The notes below the pieces were generated by a model. The model had not been told where the DNA came from. It did no database searches and saw only the letters and a list, made by a program, of their open reading frames with translations. Positions 15,801 to 16,068 of a stretch of 16,068 nucleotides of DNA are shown in pieces (position 1 is the first letter of the stretch; each line of letters opens with the position of its first letter). The translations under genes were made by a program, and so were the position numbers. The stretch spans positions 1 through 16,068 of the forward strand of contig JALTLO010000106.1 of NCBI GenBank assembly GCA_027001995.1, written 5' to 3'. Origin of the DNA: Planctomycetota bacterium (GTDB taxonomy: Bacteria; Planctomycetota; GCA-002687715; DRQF01).

Positions 15801-16068
15801 CTTGCTTTTGGTGCTACGCAAGGGGACGTGATGGCGATGAGCAAATTCTTTTCCTCCTGCTCTCAGCGAAACCAACAAACGATAGTTGCGGTCAATCGTC
15901 CCTTTCACTTCAATGGCGAAGTGCAGATTGAATCGACCACTTTCTATTAAGTTTGCCGTCTCTGCCTCAATGGCAATCGTTGCCGGTACCTCCGTAGGGA
16001 GTTTTTTTTGGGCAAAGATGCTGGGGGCAAAGAACAGGAAGAAAAGCGGGGCTAACAATCTAAGGGGC
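12831..16068 (-). CDS. Large secreted multidomain zinc metallopeptidase-like protein (HExxH gluzincin plus PA14-like plus ConA/DUF1080-like); start lies just beyond window
   Basis: The frame stays open past TTG 16058 to the edge (...PLRLLAPLFFLFFAPSIFA|Q, signal-peptide-like). FYHEFSH-x13-E (WREGLADF); WRVIGPF...RADDDVSLFVND...LRRGRNKILVKV; C-terminal DFQLKIEL...VTVTIDGKIVF...RLGL. Confidence 0.8.
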   Translation of the reverse strand, partial: PLRLLAPLFFLFFAPSIFAQKKLPTEVPATIAIEAETANLIESGRFNLHFAIEVKGTIDRNYRLLVSLRAGGKEFAHRHHVPLRSTKSKKKGEIIQYTLPTLFPMEAKLGSADTITFHVCFQDPRSRKYIPVLGASGGRDVFQTAGFMNAPVIGALDGEEDSQALLDRGLRLHKSGNTVAAWDVLELGMRRARTDTWKRNFLRALLSFKKLAPRPINGVEKQIVATRIANEKTRYLRQIAGRFFDRKKYHASIKILDAIGGSLKEAGDAAVMGDLAGAERREKSKQETKRKIFETISEDDLSLARSESSKLEGKKLLKRADFYIKKKRLAIARHLLRELRLDDNAGIRRDAYAQLEKVKETMLESIPPEQSAMVDAAVNHGCWRRTTTRSTQNFILIGPQKLLAGISDESALRFDVAYILITDLFGRRPNPDGDRVTVYFKELWDFGGGTGGGKTINIGRADPNRSKQRLDTGLFYHEFSHCVDDTSPIIAGWREGLADFGAVYAFHMIGQKQEASRRFRSYRQAFQDDYLDRDLEYWRIPNYAPSAGFFTHFVQKAAKKTKGKLDWSPYRKFFRSYRNISLKDGREQTLVRGVAFELMSAFGDWIFDDLIKFRFPLVESDREAIRREYLAHAQKSYDEFEDNDTPKKFPNSPVSRDLDFRHLIEVMARVSDNKEEITNIAAEDLGILFDWRVIGPFKGEGADADVQVFPPEWEIDFKKAYNSGSNICKWISPTEDGPVLQKAHGWLEYKFNYQDYTAIYALSHVSLPKAENVLFHLRADDDVSLFVNDELIGKYHTRGNNGSDRTAWRGPFAKLPDAIRFPVSLRRGRNKILVKVKNRRGASGMICAITRPNGTALPLLMADDQPAVKARETKETKWKKPLKFRFTSRSAARKFDRVVGQFEVINKTLAGTETSRRVAWRKYTVRPGFPKDSPSNLLWLKKKMTKNMRDFQLKIELESTSAAAPKIGICFDGDGGRDGLGGLTLILHPSGRNNLKGRMERYDRLLYATKGLDLPKLGESRTRLLVIERIGPKVTVTIDGKIVFDHVHVRPVLSKSRLGLMTWGPTTRIHRIDLRVAR

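Noticed and set aside
1..16068. CRISPR arrays, IS/integrase, prophage, defence genes, rRNA/tRNA, genetic-code reassignment
   Set aside because: No regularly spaced repeats, mobile-element or defence motifs, or RNA gene signatures were seen. TAA, TAG and TGA all end genes at plausible positions.

Overview
This is a gene-dense bacterial chromosomal window with no detectable rRNA, tRNA, CRISPR array, transposase, integrase or phage gene. The left half is largely housekeeping. An intact gatC-gatA-gatB operon on the - strand is followed directly by a probable lipoprotein alpha/beta hydrolase and then by a membrane-anchored carboxypeptidase-regulatory-like domain protein that runs off the left edge and is absent from the ORF track. 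Divergent from gatCAB are an orphan ~3-TM membrane protein and a ComF-family gene with an unusual PRPP-loop substitution. The right half carries three large signal-peptide-bearing enzymes: a penicillin-acylase-family Ntn hydrolase (-), a heparinase II/III-like lyase (+), and a >1075-aa multidomain HExxH gluzincin with PA14-like and ConA/DUF1080-like modules (-, start just outside the window). The style of these secreted proteins suggests a Planctomycetota-like host (inference only). The best novelty candidates are the multidomain metallopeptidase, the possible glycoconjugate-degrading trio, the orphan-TM/ComF pair and a 456-bp hairpin-rich intergenic region. I see no clear evidence for a wholly new system; all family calls come from motif recognition by eye, not database searches.
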